From contig JAGLYV010000077.1 in the NCBI GenBank assembly GCA_023131975.1, forward strand, positions 24,546-88,545: a stretch of 64,000 nt of DNA. Direction: 5' to 3'. The notes under the pieces were generated by a model. That model was not told the origin of the DNA. It saw nothing but the letters and a program-made list of their open reading frames with translations, and made no database searches. The first letter of the stretch is position 1, and each line of letters begins with the position of its first letter. This document shows positions 1 through 11,505 of this stretch, piece after piece. The translations under genes were made by a program, and so were the position numbers. This DNA is from Candidatus Krumholzibacteriia bacterium (GTDB lineage Bacteria > Krumholzibacteriota > Krumholzibacteriia > Krumholzibacteriales > Krumholzibacteriaceae).

Positions 1-1
1 C

Positions 2-1591
<1,590 letters not shown>

Positions 1592-1637
1592 GCATTATTC
1601 TCCATTAAGCAATATGGATCGACAGCTTTAGACGGGG

Positions 1638-2084
1638 ATGGAGATGAAGGAACGCATCAAGGAGATCATAACCTATATCATGGACCTGAGGACGGGCGAC
1701 CCGTTCGACCTGGCGTTCATGTACGATGAACTCGAGGATCTGGGTTATTCCAGCGCTGAAATAGATCAGGCCTTCACTATCCTTGATTTTGAGGGGGAGA
1801 CAGGAGATGTCGATGCGTCATCGTTTGTGCATACGAAGAACAGAGTCCTTGGCGAAGGAGAGAAAATAGTTCTTTCGGTTGAAGCTCAGGGATATCTGAT
1901 CCGGCTCCAGACTTCAGGGTGGCTTACGGAAATCCAGCTGAGCCTGATCGTAGAAAATGCTGCAATCGATTACCAGATCCCGATATCTGTCAACGAGATC
2001 ATTGAACTTACTGCCAGATATGTACCGGAGATGCCAGACGATATCCTTATGGGATCGAACAGTCCTTCAGACATGCTGAACTAG
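1638..2084 (+). CDS. DUF494/Smg family protein
   Basis: 148-aa acidic protein; N-terminus ERIKEIITYI..LEDLGYSSAEIDQAF and internal LSVEAQGYLIRL resemble Smg; lies directly upstream of topA. Confidence 0.75.
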   Translation: MEMKERIKEIITYIMDLRTGDPFDLAFMYDELEDLGYSSAEIDQAFTILDFEGETGDVDASSFVHTKNRVLGEGEKIVLSVEAQGYLIRLQTSGWLTEIQLSLIVENAAIDYQIPISVNEIIELTARYVPEMPDDILMGSNSPSDMLN

Positions 2085-2098
2085 ACAGGGAGAACGAA

Positions 2099-4294
2099 TT
2101 GAATCAGGTACTTGTCATTGTAGAGTCCCCCGCAAAAGCCAGGACGATCAAAAAGTATCTTGGAAAAGGTTACAAGGTCAAGGCTTCGGTCGGTCATATC
2201 AGGGACCTTCCCAAAAAGGAACTGGGAATCGATATAGAGAATGGGTTCACTCCCAAGTATGTGAACGACAGGAAGAAAAGCAAGATCGTCAAGGAACTGA
2301 GGGAAGAAGCCGCAAAAAGCGATGAAATACTTCTCGCGACAGATATGGATCGAGAGGGAGAGGCTATTGCCTGGCACCTGGAAGAGATACTCAAGAAGGC
2401 AAAAGTCCCCATGCGGAGAATCATCTTCAACGAGATAACGGAAAACGCGATAAGGGAAGCCGTCGAAAATCCTCACGAGATCGACATGAACAAGGTGAAT
2501 GCCCAGCAGGCAAGAAGAATACTGGACAGGCTCGTCGGGTATCTCATAAGCCCGGTTCTGTGGAAGATATTTTATCGAGGCCTTTCGGCAGGCAGGGTAC
2601 AGAGTGTCGGCTTGAGGCTCTTGTGCGAGCGTGAAGAGGAGATCAGGCAGTTTGTTCCCGCGGAGTACTGGACAATAGAGGGTGTACTCAAGAACTCAGC
2701 CGGGGAAAAATTCGATGCCCGCCTGTTCAAGATCCAGGGAGAGAATCCTGAGATAAAAGATGGTGAAAGTGCTTCAAAGATACTGGATAAAATCAAAGCA
2801 TCGGACCCCATAGTCTCAAAAGTGACCGAAAAAGAAAAGAAACGCAATCCGCAGCCCCCCTTTATCACGAGTACCATGCAGAGAGAAGCCGCCAGTCGGC
2901 TCGGGTTCTCCGCCAAAAAGACTATGATGCTCGCGCAACAGTTATATGAAGGTGTCTCACTGGGGTCAGAAGGGTCAGTCGGACTGATAAGCTACATGAG
3001 GACCGATTCGACTCGTGTCAGTGATGACGCGTTCAGACAGGGGCAGGAGCTCATAGCGGATAAGTTCGGTAAAGACAATGTATATGAAGGGAAAAGGGGC
3101 TTCAGAAAAGCGAAAAGGTCGCAGGATGCTCACGAAGCAATCCGTCCAACCGATTGTTTCAGGATGCCCGATGAGATAGGGAAGTATCTCGATAAGGACC
3201 AGAGGGCGCTCTATACGCTTATATGGCAGAGATTCCTCGCTTCTCTCGCAATGCCCGTCGTATACAGCGTGAAGGAAGTCGATATTGCCTCCGGTGACGA
3301 GTATCAACTGAGGGCCAATGGGCGTAGACTTAAATCTCCCGGTTTTCTATCAATATTCCCCGACAGAAAAACTGAAGATGAAAACTGGCTTCCCGACCTG
3401 ACCACGGAAGAGAAGCTGGCTATAGACTCCATGGACTCAAATCAACATTTCACCGAACCTTCACCAAGGTATTCCGAGGCCTCGCTTATTAAGGAGCTGG
3501 AAGACAAAGGCATAGGACGCCCGAGTACTTATGCCAGTATTATCAGTATTATCCTCGCGAGAGAATATGCGTCCAGGGAAAACAAGGCGCTCTGTCCCAC
3601 CGAACTTGGAGAGGCAGTCTGGAAATCCCTTTCCGGATCATTTAACGACATATTTGCAGTCGATTTTACGGCACGGATGGAAAACGAGTTGGATAAAGTC
3701 GAGGACGCGGATGAAGTCTGGAAGGATGTCGTAAGTTTCTTCTATGAACCTCTCAATGTCGATCTCGAAGTGTTCAAGGGCAAACAGAAGGAAATAAAGG
3801 AATCTTTTCAGGAAGAAACAGAAGAACTATGTGAGAAGTGTGGCAAGAAACTGATTAAAAAATGGAGCAGAAACGGCCTTTTCCTCGCCTGCCCCGGATG
3901 GCCTGAATGCAAATTTGCAAGATCTCTCGAAGAGGAAGAAAAGCTCGAAAAGGAATGTCCTGAATGTGGCGGAGACCTGGCCTACAAGAGGGGCCGTTTC
4001 GGTAGATTTATCGCATGTTCCAACTATCCCGAATGCAAATACACAGAAGCGATAAGCCTTGGGGTCCCCTGCCCCGAAGATGGATGTAAAGGTGAAGTCA
4101 CCGAGAAGAAGACCAGAAGGGGAAAGGTCTTTTATGGGTGCACAAAATATCCATCGTGCAAATTTGCCAGTTGGGACAAACCGATCGTTGAAAAATGCCC
4201 TGAATGCGGGAACGGGTGGATGGTAGAAAAGAACACCAAGACAAAAGGCTCGTATCATAAATGTCCCGCCTGCAAGCATGAGGTAACTCCCTGA
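2099..4294 (+). CDS. topA: DNA topoisomerase I
   Basis: VIVESPAKA TOPRIM, ATDMDREGEAIAWH, SAGRVQS, catalytic SYMRTDS, QDAHEAIRPT; four C-terminal Cys4 zinc ribbons; TTG start. Confidence 0.99.
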   Translation: MNQVLVIVESPAKARTIKKYLGKGYKVKASVGHIRDLPKKELGIDIENGFTPKYVNDRKKSKIVKELREEAAKSDEILLATDMDREGEAIAWHLEEILKKAKVPMRRIIFNEITENAIREAVENPHEIDMNKVNAQQARRILDRLVGYLISPVLWKIFYRGLSAGRVQSVGLRLLCEREEEIRQFVPAEYWTIEGVLKNSAGEKFDARLFKIQGENPEIKDGESASKILDKIKASDPIVSKVTEKEKKRNPQPPFITSTMQREAASRLGFSAKKTMMLAQQLYEGVSLGSEGSVGLISYMRTDSTRVSDDAFRQGQELIADKFGKDNVYEGKRGFRKAKRSQDAHEAIRPTDCFRMPDEIGKYLDKDQRALYTLIWQRFLASLAMPVVYSVKEVDIASGDEYQLRANGRRLKSPGFLSIFPDRKTEDENWLPDLTTEEKLAIDSMDSNQHFTEPSPRYSEASLIKELEDKGIGRPSTYASIISIILAREYASRENKALCPTELGEAVWKSLSGSFNDIFAVDFTARMENELDKVEDADEVWKDVVSFFYEPLNVDLEVFKGKQKEIKESFQEETEELCEKCGKKLIKKWSRNGLFLACPGWPECKFARSLEEEEKLEKECPECGGDLAYKRGRFGRFIACSNYPECKYTEAISLGVPCPEDGCKGEVTEKKTRRGKVFYGCTKYPSCKFASWDKPIVEKCPECGNGWMVEKNTKTKGSYHKCPACKHEVTP

Positions 4295-5598
4295 TGAATA
4301 AAATCGTTGTAGTCGGTGGAGGTCTGGCCGGCTGCGAGACCGCTCTTCAGCTGGCCTCCAGGGGTTTGCAGGTAGAACTTGTTGAAATGCGTCCTGGCAG
4401 GATGACTCCCGCTCACCGCACAGGATCTCTGGCTGAACTCGTCTGTAGCAATTCTCTGAAATCCGACAATGCTGAGACCGCTTCGGGTCTTTTAAAACGA
4501 GAGCTTAGAATGCTGGGATGCAGGCTTCTGGAGATAGCTTCGGAATCAAGGGTTCCAGCGGGGCACGCGCTTGCGGTCGACAGGGAAATATTTTCCAGAA
4601 AAGTCGGCGAGGCCGTGGCTGAAGAAAGCCTGATAAAATTGTCGCACAGGGAGCAGACTGATCTGGATATCCCGGTCGTAGTCATCGCTACGGGACCTCT
4701 GACTTCCGATCTGCTCTCGAGCGCGGTAATTGAACATTTTGGAAAAGACAACCTGTTCTTTTACGACGCGATATCGATGTCTATAGCTGTAGACAGTATG
4801 GACCATTCAAAGGTATTCAAGGCATCACGGTATGGAAAGGGCGACCCGGATTACTGGAACGTCCCTCTGGACAGGGACAAGTATCTTGCTCTGCTCGAAT
4901 ATATCCGTACCGCTTCAAAAAAGGCCGGACATGATTTTGAAGACGGTCGGTGTTTCGAGGCCTGCCTTCCGGTCGAAGTGAGCGTTTCGAGAGGTGACGA
5001 TGTCTTAAGGTACGGGCCTTTAAAGCCTCGTGGCCTCGTTGACCCGATCACCGGGAAAGAGCCTTACGCGGTCATCCAGCTCAGACAGGAGAGTATTGAG
5101 GGGACTATCGCAGGGTTGGTCGGATTTCAGACCAAGATGACGATGTCCGCGCAGAAGGGCCTGATGGCGTTGATCCCGGGTCTTGAGAACGCGGAGATCG
5201 TGCGGTTCGGGGCCATTCACAGAAATACTTTTCTGGATTCGCCTGGCCTGCTGGACAGCAGGCAGATGTCCATAAAGAGAGATGGACTGTTTTTTTCGGG
5301 GCAGATCACTGGTGTTGAAGGGTATGTCGAGTCGATCGCTCATGGTCTGCTTACCGCGATCAATGTATTGAAGTATATTGAGGGACATCCGCCTGTCATC
5401 TTTCCTTCCGAAACACTTCTCGGAGGACTGCAGGCGCATCTTGTCAGTAAAAGCTCCAATTTCCAGCCCATGAACGCGAATTTTGGTATCCTGCCTCCCG
5501 TAAAAGGAAAACGGAGGGAGAGAAAGGCGATGAAAGTGGAGCGCTCTCTCACAAGCCTCATTTCGTTTCTTGATAAACAATCATTTGACATACCTTGA
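4294..5598 (+). CDS. trmFO: FAD-dependent tRNA m5U54 methyltransferase TrmFO (Gid)
   Basis: GGGLAGCE FAD motif, AELVCSNS, FEACLPVE, GQITGVEGYVES, FQPMNANFG; located between topA and xerC. Confidence 0.97.
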   Translation: MNKIVVVGGGLAGCETALQLASRGLQVELVEMRPGRMTPAHRTGSLAELVCSNSLKSDNAETASGLLKRELRMLGCRLLEIASESRVPAGHALAVDREIFSRKVGEAVAEESLIKLSHREQTDLDIPVVVIATGPLTSDLLSSAVIEHFGKDNLFFYDAISMSIAVDSMDHSKVFKASRYGKGDPDYWNVPLDRDKYLALLEYIRTASKKAGHDFEDGRCFEACLPVEVSVSRGDDVLRYGPLKPRGLVDPITGKEPYAVIQLRQESIEGTIAGLVGFQTKMTMSAQKGLMALIPGLENAEIVRFGAIHRNTFLDSPGLLDSRQMSIKRDGLFFSGQITGVEGYVESIAHGLLTAINVLKYIEGHPPVIFPSETLLGGLQAHLVSKSSNFQPMNANFGILPPVKGKRRERKAMKVERSLTSLISFLDKQSFDIP

Positions 5599-5677
5599 TC
5601 CACTTGATGTGTCGACCGCAAACATGATATGTTTCCGGAGAAGATGAAAGTGGGGACAGCGGTCAAATGGAGGTTTC

Positions 5678-6604
5678 ATGCTCGGATTCCTGAAGAAATA
5701 TCTTTTGCATATCGGCATCGAAAAGAAAGTATCGGAATCTACTCTGGTAGCTTATGAATCGGATATACTGAAATTCGCTGAATATATGAAAGCCGAAACC
5801 GGCTCTGACAGTCTGGATAAAGTCGACGGGATAGCTTTGCGATCATATCTGGGGGCTCTTTCAAGAGCTGGTTATTCGCCCCGGTCGATAGCGCGTAAAG
5901 TCGCTTCATTAAGATCCTTCTTCTCGTTCTGCCTGAATAACAATTATACAAAAGTGGACCCTACTGTAGGATTGAATACACCAAAATCGGGAAGAGATCT
6001 GCCTGAGTTTGCGGCAAAAGATGCAATGGAAAGGATGATGGCTCTTCCTGATATATCCACGAGAAAGGGCCTCAGGGACAGGACCGTCCTCGAACTTCTG
6101 TATGGAACCGGAATGCGACTTGCCGAACTTGTCGGATGTACTCTAAAAAGCTGTGATTTTTCCAGGGGAACGATCCTGGTCCTTGGGAAAAGGGACAAAG
6201 AACGTCTTCTTCCGCTGTCAGGGCAATCGGCGGAATCTCTCAAACTGTATATCGCGGGGGAATATGGTATTCCTGAAGACGCGTTGATAAACCGGTCCGC
6301 AAATCCACAATACGCGGAGCAAAAAGACTTTCCCCTTATCGCGGGCAGGGGAGGCAGAGCCATAAGCAGACGTACGGTGCAGAGGATAGTAAGGAAATAT
6401 CTTGAACAGGTGGCGTCTCTCTCCAGGATGAGCCCACACGTACTGAGGCATACATTCGCGACACACCTGCTGGACGCAGGAGCGGACCTTCGCGCGGTAC
6501 AGGATCTCCTGGGGCATGTAAACCTCTCGACGACGCAGATATATACTCACCTGACATCGGAACGTCTAAGGGAAGTATACGATCAGGCTCATCCAAGAGC
6601 ATGA
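5678..6604 (+). CDS. xerC: Tyrosine recombinase XerC
   Basis: LELLYGTGMRLAEL, GKRDKER, SPHVLRHTFATHLL, LLGHVNLSTTQIY; upstream of hslVU. Confidence 0.9.
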   Translation: MLGFLKKYLLHIGIEKKVSESTLVAYESDILKFAEYMKAETGSDSLDKVDGIALRSYLGALSRAGYSPRSIARKVASLRSFFSFCLNNNYTKVDPTVGLNTPKSGRDLPEFAAKDAMERMMALPDISTRKGLRDRTVLELLYGTGMRLAELVGCTLKSCDFSRGTILVLGKRDKERLLPLSGQSAESLKLYIAGEYGIPEDALINRSANPQYAEQKDFPLIAGRGGRAISRRTVQRIVRKYLEQVASLSRMSPHVLRHTFATHLLDAGADLRAVQDLLGHVNLSTTQIYTHLTSERLREVYDQAHPRA

Positions 6605-6670
6605 GCAGGGGGGGGCGGAGCCGGTAACTGATTGCGACTATGAGCTGATTTCACTGCTTAATGTGGATAG

Positions 6671-7222
6671 ATGGGAGAAGATATGTTCAAGGGAACGACG
6701 ATTCTGGGTGTACGGATAGGGAAAAAAGCGGCTTTGGGCGGTGACGGCCAGGTCACTTTCGGCGATACTGTCGTAAAGCATGGGGCCTGCAAGATAAGGG
6801 CTATCCGTGAAAAAAGCGTTCTCGCGGGGTTTGCCGGAAGTACGGCCGACGCAATGACCCTATTCTCCAAATTCGAGGGGAAACTCGACGAATTCAACGG
6901 GAATATGATGAAGGCCGCTGTTGAGATGGCCAGGGACTGGCGTAGTGACAAGATCCTGCGTCATCTCGAAGCACTGCTTGTCGTCATGGACTCGAAACAT
7001 TCGCTGCTTCTGTCGGGTAAGGGGGATGTGGTAGAACCTGACGATGATATACTTGCGATAGGTTCTGGTGGCTCTTATGCCCTTGCCGCAGCCAGGGCTC
7101 TGAGATCGAATACCAGGCTTGACCCTGAATCGATTGTCAGGGAATCTTTGAAAATAGCCGCTGGAATATGTATTTACACGAATGAAAGTATTTCAATTGA
7201 GACTATCCGGGATGGTAAATGA
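6671..7222 (+). CDS. hslV: ATP-dependent protease subunit HslV
   Basis: N-terminal TTIL nucleophile, [22 protein letters not shown]. Confidence 0.98.
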   Translation: MGEDMFKGTTILGVRIGKKAALGGDGQVTFGDTVVKHGACKIRAIREKSVLAGFAGSTADAMTLFSKFEGKLDEFNGNMMKAAVEMARDWRSDKILRHLEALLVVMDSKHSLLLSGKGDVVEPDDDILAIGSGGSYALAAARALRSNTRLDPESIVRESLKIAAGICIYTNESISIETIRDGK

Positions 7223-8562
7223 TGAGAGAATTGACGCCGGGCGAAATTGTCGCCGAACTGGATAAATATATAATCGGGCAGACGCAGGCGAAGAGGTCCG
7301 TAGCAATCGCCCTTAGAAACAGGTGGAGACGCCGAAGAATAGTGGACGAGATCCGTGATGAGATCCTGCCTAATAACATAATCATGATCGGCCCCACCGG
7401 CGTAGGAAAGACCGAGATCGCCAGGCGTCTCGCGAAACTGGCGCAGGCTCCGTTCGTAAAGGTCGAGGCCACAAAGTTTACCGAAGTAGGTTATGTCGGC
7501 AGGGATGTCGAATCCATGATAAGGGATCTTGTTGAGATCGGCATCAACATGGAAAAAGAAAAAGTCTTTCTGGCAGTTGAGATAGCGGCAATCGAAAATG
7601 CTACAGAGCGGCTGCTCGACCTGTTGCTGCCCGCCGCGACCGGGGGGACGGTGGCCGATCCGGAGACGGAGGAAAGGCGCAGGCGCACGAAGGATAAACT
7701 CAAAAAGAAACTTGAGAGTGGCGCCCTTGACGACCGTGAAGTGACAATACAGATCTTCGACAAGACGCATCCCATGATAGAGATATTTTCCGGATCGGGG
7801 ATCGAGGAGATGGGGGTCAAGTTTCCGGAAGGGCTGGAGAAAATGATACCCCGTCGTCAGAAGGGGAAAAAAGTCAGCGTGGAAGAAGCTCGGAAGATGT
7901 TGATCCACGAGGAGAAGGAAAAACTTGTTGATATGGATTCTATCGTATCACGTGCCATCTCGGCTGTAGAGGAGACCGGGATAGTATTCATAGACGAGAT
8001 CGACAAGATTGCCAGGACGGGCTCGAGTGGCCATGGGCCTGATGTTTCCAGGGAAGGTGTACAGCGGGATATTCTGCCAATAGTGGAGGGTTGCAATGTG
8101 AACACAAAATATGGTCAGGTGAAGACCGATCACATCCTCTTTATGGCAGCAGGAGCGTTTCATATGTCGAAACCTTCTGATCTTGTTCCTGAACTGCAGG
8201 GCAGGTTTCCGATAAGAGTCGAACTCGATCAATTGACCGCCAGAGATTTTGAAAGAATTCTTCTGGAACCGGAAAACGCGCTTGTAAAACAATATCAGAC
8301 GATGATAGAAACGGAAGGGTGCAAGTTGACTTTTACGCAGGGAGCAATAAAAGAGATTGCCCGAATGGCGTATGCGGTCAATCAGAAGATGGAGAATATC
8401 GGGGCAAGGAGATTGCACACGATTCTCACGAGCCTGCTGGAAGATCTGCTTTTCGATCTTCCGGATCCGGATATTCAAAAAGTGGGCGTCAGCGCAAAAT
8501 TCGTCAAGGACAAGCTCGATGCGATCATCGGCGACGACGATCTTGCGAGATATATTCTTTAG
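7219..8562 (+). CDS. hslU: ATP-dependent protease ATPase subunit HslU
   Basis: [43 protein letters not shown]-terminal DLARYIL; ATGA overlap with hslV. Confidence 0.99.
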   Translation: MMRELTPGEIVAELDKYIIGQTQAKRSVAIALRNRWRRRRIVDEIRDEILPNNIIMIGPTGVGKTEIARRLAKLAQAPFVKVEATKFTEVGYVGRDVESMIRDLVEIGINMEKEKVFLAVEIAAIENATERLLDLLLPAATGGTVADPETEERRRRTKDKLKKKLESGALDDREVTIQIFDKTHPMIEIFSGSGIEEMGVKFPEGLEKMIPRRQKGKKVSVEEARKMLIHEEKEKLVDMDSIVSRAISAVEETGIVFIDEIDKIARTGSSGHGPDVSREGVQRDILPIVEGCNVNTKYGQVKTDHILFMAAGAFHMSKPSDLVPELQGRFPIRVELDQLTARDFERILLEPENALVKQYQTMIETEGCKLTFTQGAIKEIARMAYAVNQKMENIGARRLHTILTSLLEDLLFDLPDPDIQKVGVSAKFVKDKLDAIIGDDDLARYIL

Positions 8563-8574
8563 GAGGAAGAACAG

Positions 8575-9510
8575 ATGAAATTAAGTAAAAAAGATTTTCT
8601 ATCAATCAGGGATTTCAGCAAAGAAGAACTAAGGACTATCCTCGACTTGAGCAGAAAACAGAAGCCTCTGGCCAAGGCGTTCAAACTTGAGCCTTCCCAT
8701 CCGGGACGTGTGCTTGCCTGTATCTTTCACAAGCCGAGTCTAAGGACGAGGATCAGTTTTGAAATATCTATCAGACAGCTGGGCGGTTCCAGCCTCTATA
8801 TAACCGACAAAGAGATCGGTATCGGCAACCGGGAGGCTCCCAAGGATGTCGGTGCAGTACTCTCAAGATATGTCGATGGAATAATGATAAGGACTTTCGA
8901 TCAGGAAATGATAGAAACGCTTGCCGCGAATGCTACCGTTCCAGTGATAAACGGGCTGACAGACCTGCTGCACCCATGTCAGGTAATGGGTGACATCATG
9001 ACGATAGAAGAGCACCTGGAAAGTATCGAAGGAAAGAAAGTCGTTTTTGTCGGTGACGGCAACAATGTTGCCAGAAGCTGGTTGAACGCTGCTTCAAGAT
9101 TCCCCTTCAAGTTTGTCTTGAACTCTCCGAGCGGTTATCAGCTCGAAGATTCATATGTTGAGGAAGTCAAGAAAGACGAAAACCTTGATTATGAGTGGAT
9201 CGAGGATCCTGCCGAAGCTGTCAGGGATGCCGACGTGATCTATTCTGATGTGTGGGCCAGCATGGGACAGGAATCAGAAAAGGAAAAAAGGCTTAAGATC
9301 TTCCGTCCCTATCAGATAAACGACAAATTGATGGAACTCGCCGGAAGGGACGCGATATTCATGCATTGCCTTCCCGCTCACAGAGGTGAGGAAGTCAGCG
9401 ATTCCGTCATCGACAGTAAAAGATCTGTCGTTTATGACGAGGCAGAGAACAGGCTTCACATACAAAGAGCCATTATCGCACTGTTGATGCCGACTGACAG
9501 AGAACTGTAG
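8575..9510 (+). CDS. argF: Ornithine carbamoyltransferase
   Basis: KPSLRTRISF, HPCQ, GDGNNV, DVWASMG, HCLP, EAENRLH; AGGAGG SD. Confidence 0.92.
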   Translation: MKLSKKDFLSIRDFSKEELRTILDLSRKQKPLAKAFKLEPSHPGRVLACIFHKPSLRTRISFEISIRQLGGSSLYITDKEIGIGNREAPKDVGAVLSRYVDGIMIRTFDQEMIETLAANATVPVINGLTDLLHPCQVMGDIMTIEEHLESIEGKKVVFVGDGNNVARSWLNAASRFPFKFVLNSPSGYQLEDSYVEEVKKDENLDYEWIEDPAEAVRDADVIYSDVWASMGQESEKEKRLKIFRPYQINDKLMELAGRDAIFMHCLPAHRGEEVSDSVIDSKRSVVYDEAENRLHIQRAIIALLMPTDREL

Positions 9511-9515
9511 GAGAT

Positions 9516-10580
9516 ATGAATCATTTTCGATGGGGTATTTTCCTGGTACTTTTCTGTTCCTGTGCCGTTATTGAAGCGCCGTCAGGAGGACCTGAGGACA
9601 AGATCGCTCCCGGGATCTCATCGGTGATACCGGCGAGTGATTCGACAGGGGTCTCAAGGAACTCGTCTATAGTCATCGAGTTTTCGGAAAAGATCGACGG
9701 CGAAAGTTTCAAGAGCAGGATAAAGACCTTCCCGCCTCTTGAATTCAAGAAAATAAGCGCAAAGGGCAATGTCCTGGAGCTTTCTTTTAGGGAAGAACTT
9801 CCGGAAACGACTATATGCCTTCTGATCCAACCCGGATTCAAGGATGATCACCTTGTCGAGAGCAGGAAGAATTACAGGTATTATTTTTCGACGACCGACA
9901 GGATCCTGCCTGGAAACATATCGGGGAAGATCCTGTTCAAGCAGAGCCCGGACTCGATGGGGGTAGCCTATCTGGTAAAAGCGGAAGATGATACTTCGAA
10001 AGATCTGCATAAGGCTCCGGAAGCCAGGATCGCCTATGCCGACGCGTTCGGTAATTTCATTTTCAGGGCTCTCCCCGCAGACAGTTCAAGTTACAGGGTG
10101 TGGGCGTTCAAGGACACCGACGGGAACGGTAAGTATTCTTTCGGGAAAGAATTCGCGATGGAACATCCGGACACTCTCATCCTGTCTCAGGCGCACACAT
10201 CGGCAAGAAATATTGATATCAATGTGATCGACCCGGATGAGCCCGGCAGTATAGAGGGAATCCTGAGTGATTCTACGGGAGTAAGTGGCATTCCTTCCGT
10301 TCGGCTGGAAGGTGTCCCACCGCTGGAGAACTCGTACTATGTCAAGGCTGACACACTTGGCAACTACATGATATATCAGGTTAAGCCCGGGGCGTATCTC
10401 TTTAGCGCATTTATAGATGTGCACGCGGACAGCTTGCCAGGAAACTACCCCGCGCCTGACGATTCAAACAGGATCATCCCGGAACCATTTATCATGCTGG
10501 CTGATACTATCAATCTTTCTCCAGGTGAAAAGAAAGTCGTTTCTCCGGTAACGATCGAAAAGGTAAGGGATGAAGGATAG
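9516..10580 (+). CDS. Lipoprotein with Ig-like (Big_5-type) domain and beta-sandwich repeats
   Basis: Lipobox-like FCSC followed by APSGGPEDK, and IVIEFSEKID, a pattern typical of FCB-group Big_5 lipoproteins. Confidence 0.65.
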   Translation: MNHFRWGIFLVLFCSCAVIEAPSGGPEDKIAPGISSVIPASDSTGVSRNSSIVIEFSEKIDGESFKSRIKTFPPLEFKKISAKGNVLELSFREELPETTICLLIQPGFKDDHLVESRKNYRYYFSTTDRILPGNISGKILFKQSPDSMGVAYLVKAEDDTSKDLHKAPEARIAYADAFGNFIFRALPADSSSYRVWAFKDTDGNGKYSFGKEFAMEHPDTLILSQAHTSARNIDINVIDPDEPGSIEGILSDSTGVSGIPSVRLEGVPPLENSYYVKADTLGNYMIYQVKPGAYLFSAFIDVHADSLPGNYPAPDDSNRIIPEPFIMLADTINLSPGEKKVVSPVTIEKVRDEG

Positions 10581-11394
10581 AGTGGAATTTTATAAGATGC
10601 ATGGAGCCGGGAATGACTTTGTCATGATCGAGGATATGTCATCTGAACTGGATTTTTCTACGAGGCTGATCGAGAGCCTTTGCGCGGACCACACCGGAAT
10701 AGGCGCTGATGGTCTCATAATCCTCCGTCCGTCGGCAAAATATGATTTCAGGATGCGGTATTTCAACAAGGACGGGGGAGAGGCAGAGATGTGTGGTAAC
10801 GGCGCGAGATGTGCTGCCAGTTTCGCGTTTTTAAAGGGGATTGTTTCCGAAAAAATGGTCTTCGATACAAAAGCGGGGCCCGTCGAAGCCATGATGCACG
10901 GAGAGGATGTTCGTATAGGGGTGGGATCTGTGAAGGATATGAGACTTCATGTGCCTGTCGGCGATGCCGGGCTGGAGGTCGGATACGCCGTGTGCGGTGT
11001 TCCACATGCTGTGCTGCTGACAGAAGACGTGGATAGCTGGAGCCGGGAACGTTTTGTGGAGACCGGAAGAAAGATCCGAAATGCTGCCGAGTTCTCGCCC
11101 GGCGGAGTGAACTTCAATCTCGTCTCCGTAATGAAAAATGATATCCTGAGGTACAGGACCTATGAAAGAGGTGTCGAAGCTGAGACTCTTGCCTGCGGAA
11201 CAGGTGCCATCGCCCTTGCCGCCATATGTTCCGCGATGGGGATCACGGGAAGTCCGCTGAAATGCAGGACGACGAGTGGTGACACCCTTGAAGTAGATTT
11301 TTCCCCTGCCGAGGATGGAGCCCGAGACTGTTTCCTGAAAGGTCCGGCCATTATGTCGTTTCAGGGTGTTTTTGAAACGCACATCTACATCTGA
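10570..11394 (+). CDS. dapF: Diaminopimelate epimerase
   Basis: KMHGAGNDF, GIGADG, EMCGNGARC, YERGVEAETLACGTG. Confidence 0.98.
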   Translation: MKDRVEFYKMHGAGNDFVMIEDMSSELDFSTRLIESLCADHTGIGADGLIILRPSAKYDFRMRYFNKDGGEAEMCGNGARCAASFAFLKGIVSEKMVFDTKAGPVEAMMHGEDVRIGVGSVKDMRLHVPVGDAGLEVGYAVCGVPHAVLLTEDVDSWSRERFVETGRKIRNAAEFSPGGVNFNLVSVMKNDILRYRTYERGVEAETLACGTGAIALAAICSAMGITGSPLKCRTTSGDTLEVDFSPAEDGARDCFLKGPAIMSFQGVFETHIYI

Positions 11395-11505
11395 GTTCAG
11401 CTGCTTGTCTCCACTTGAAGCCAGACACATCGTAGTTTGCCGATAAGTCTTGCTATACCGGGTTTATTTGTACAGATTTGATATGACAGCCCTGCCGGAG
11501 AAAAT

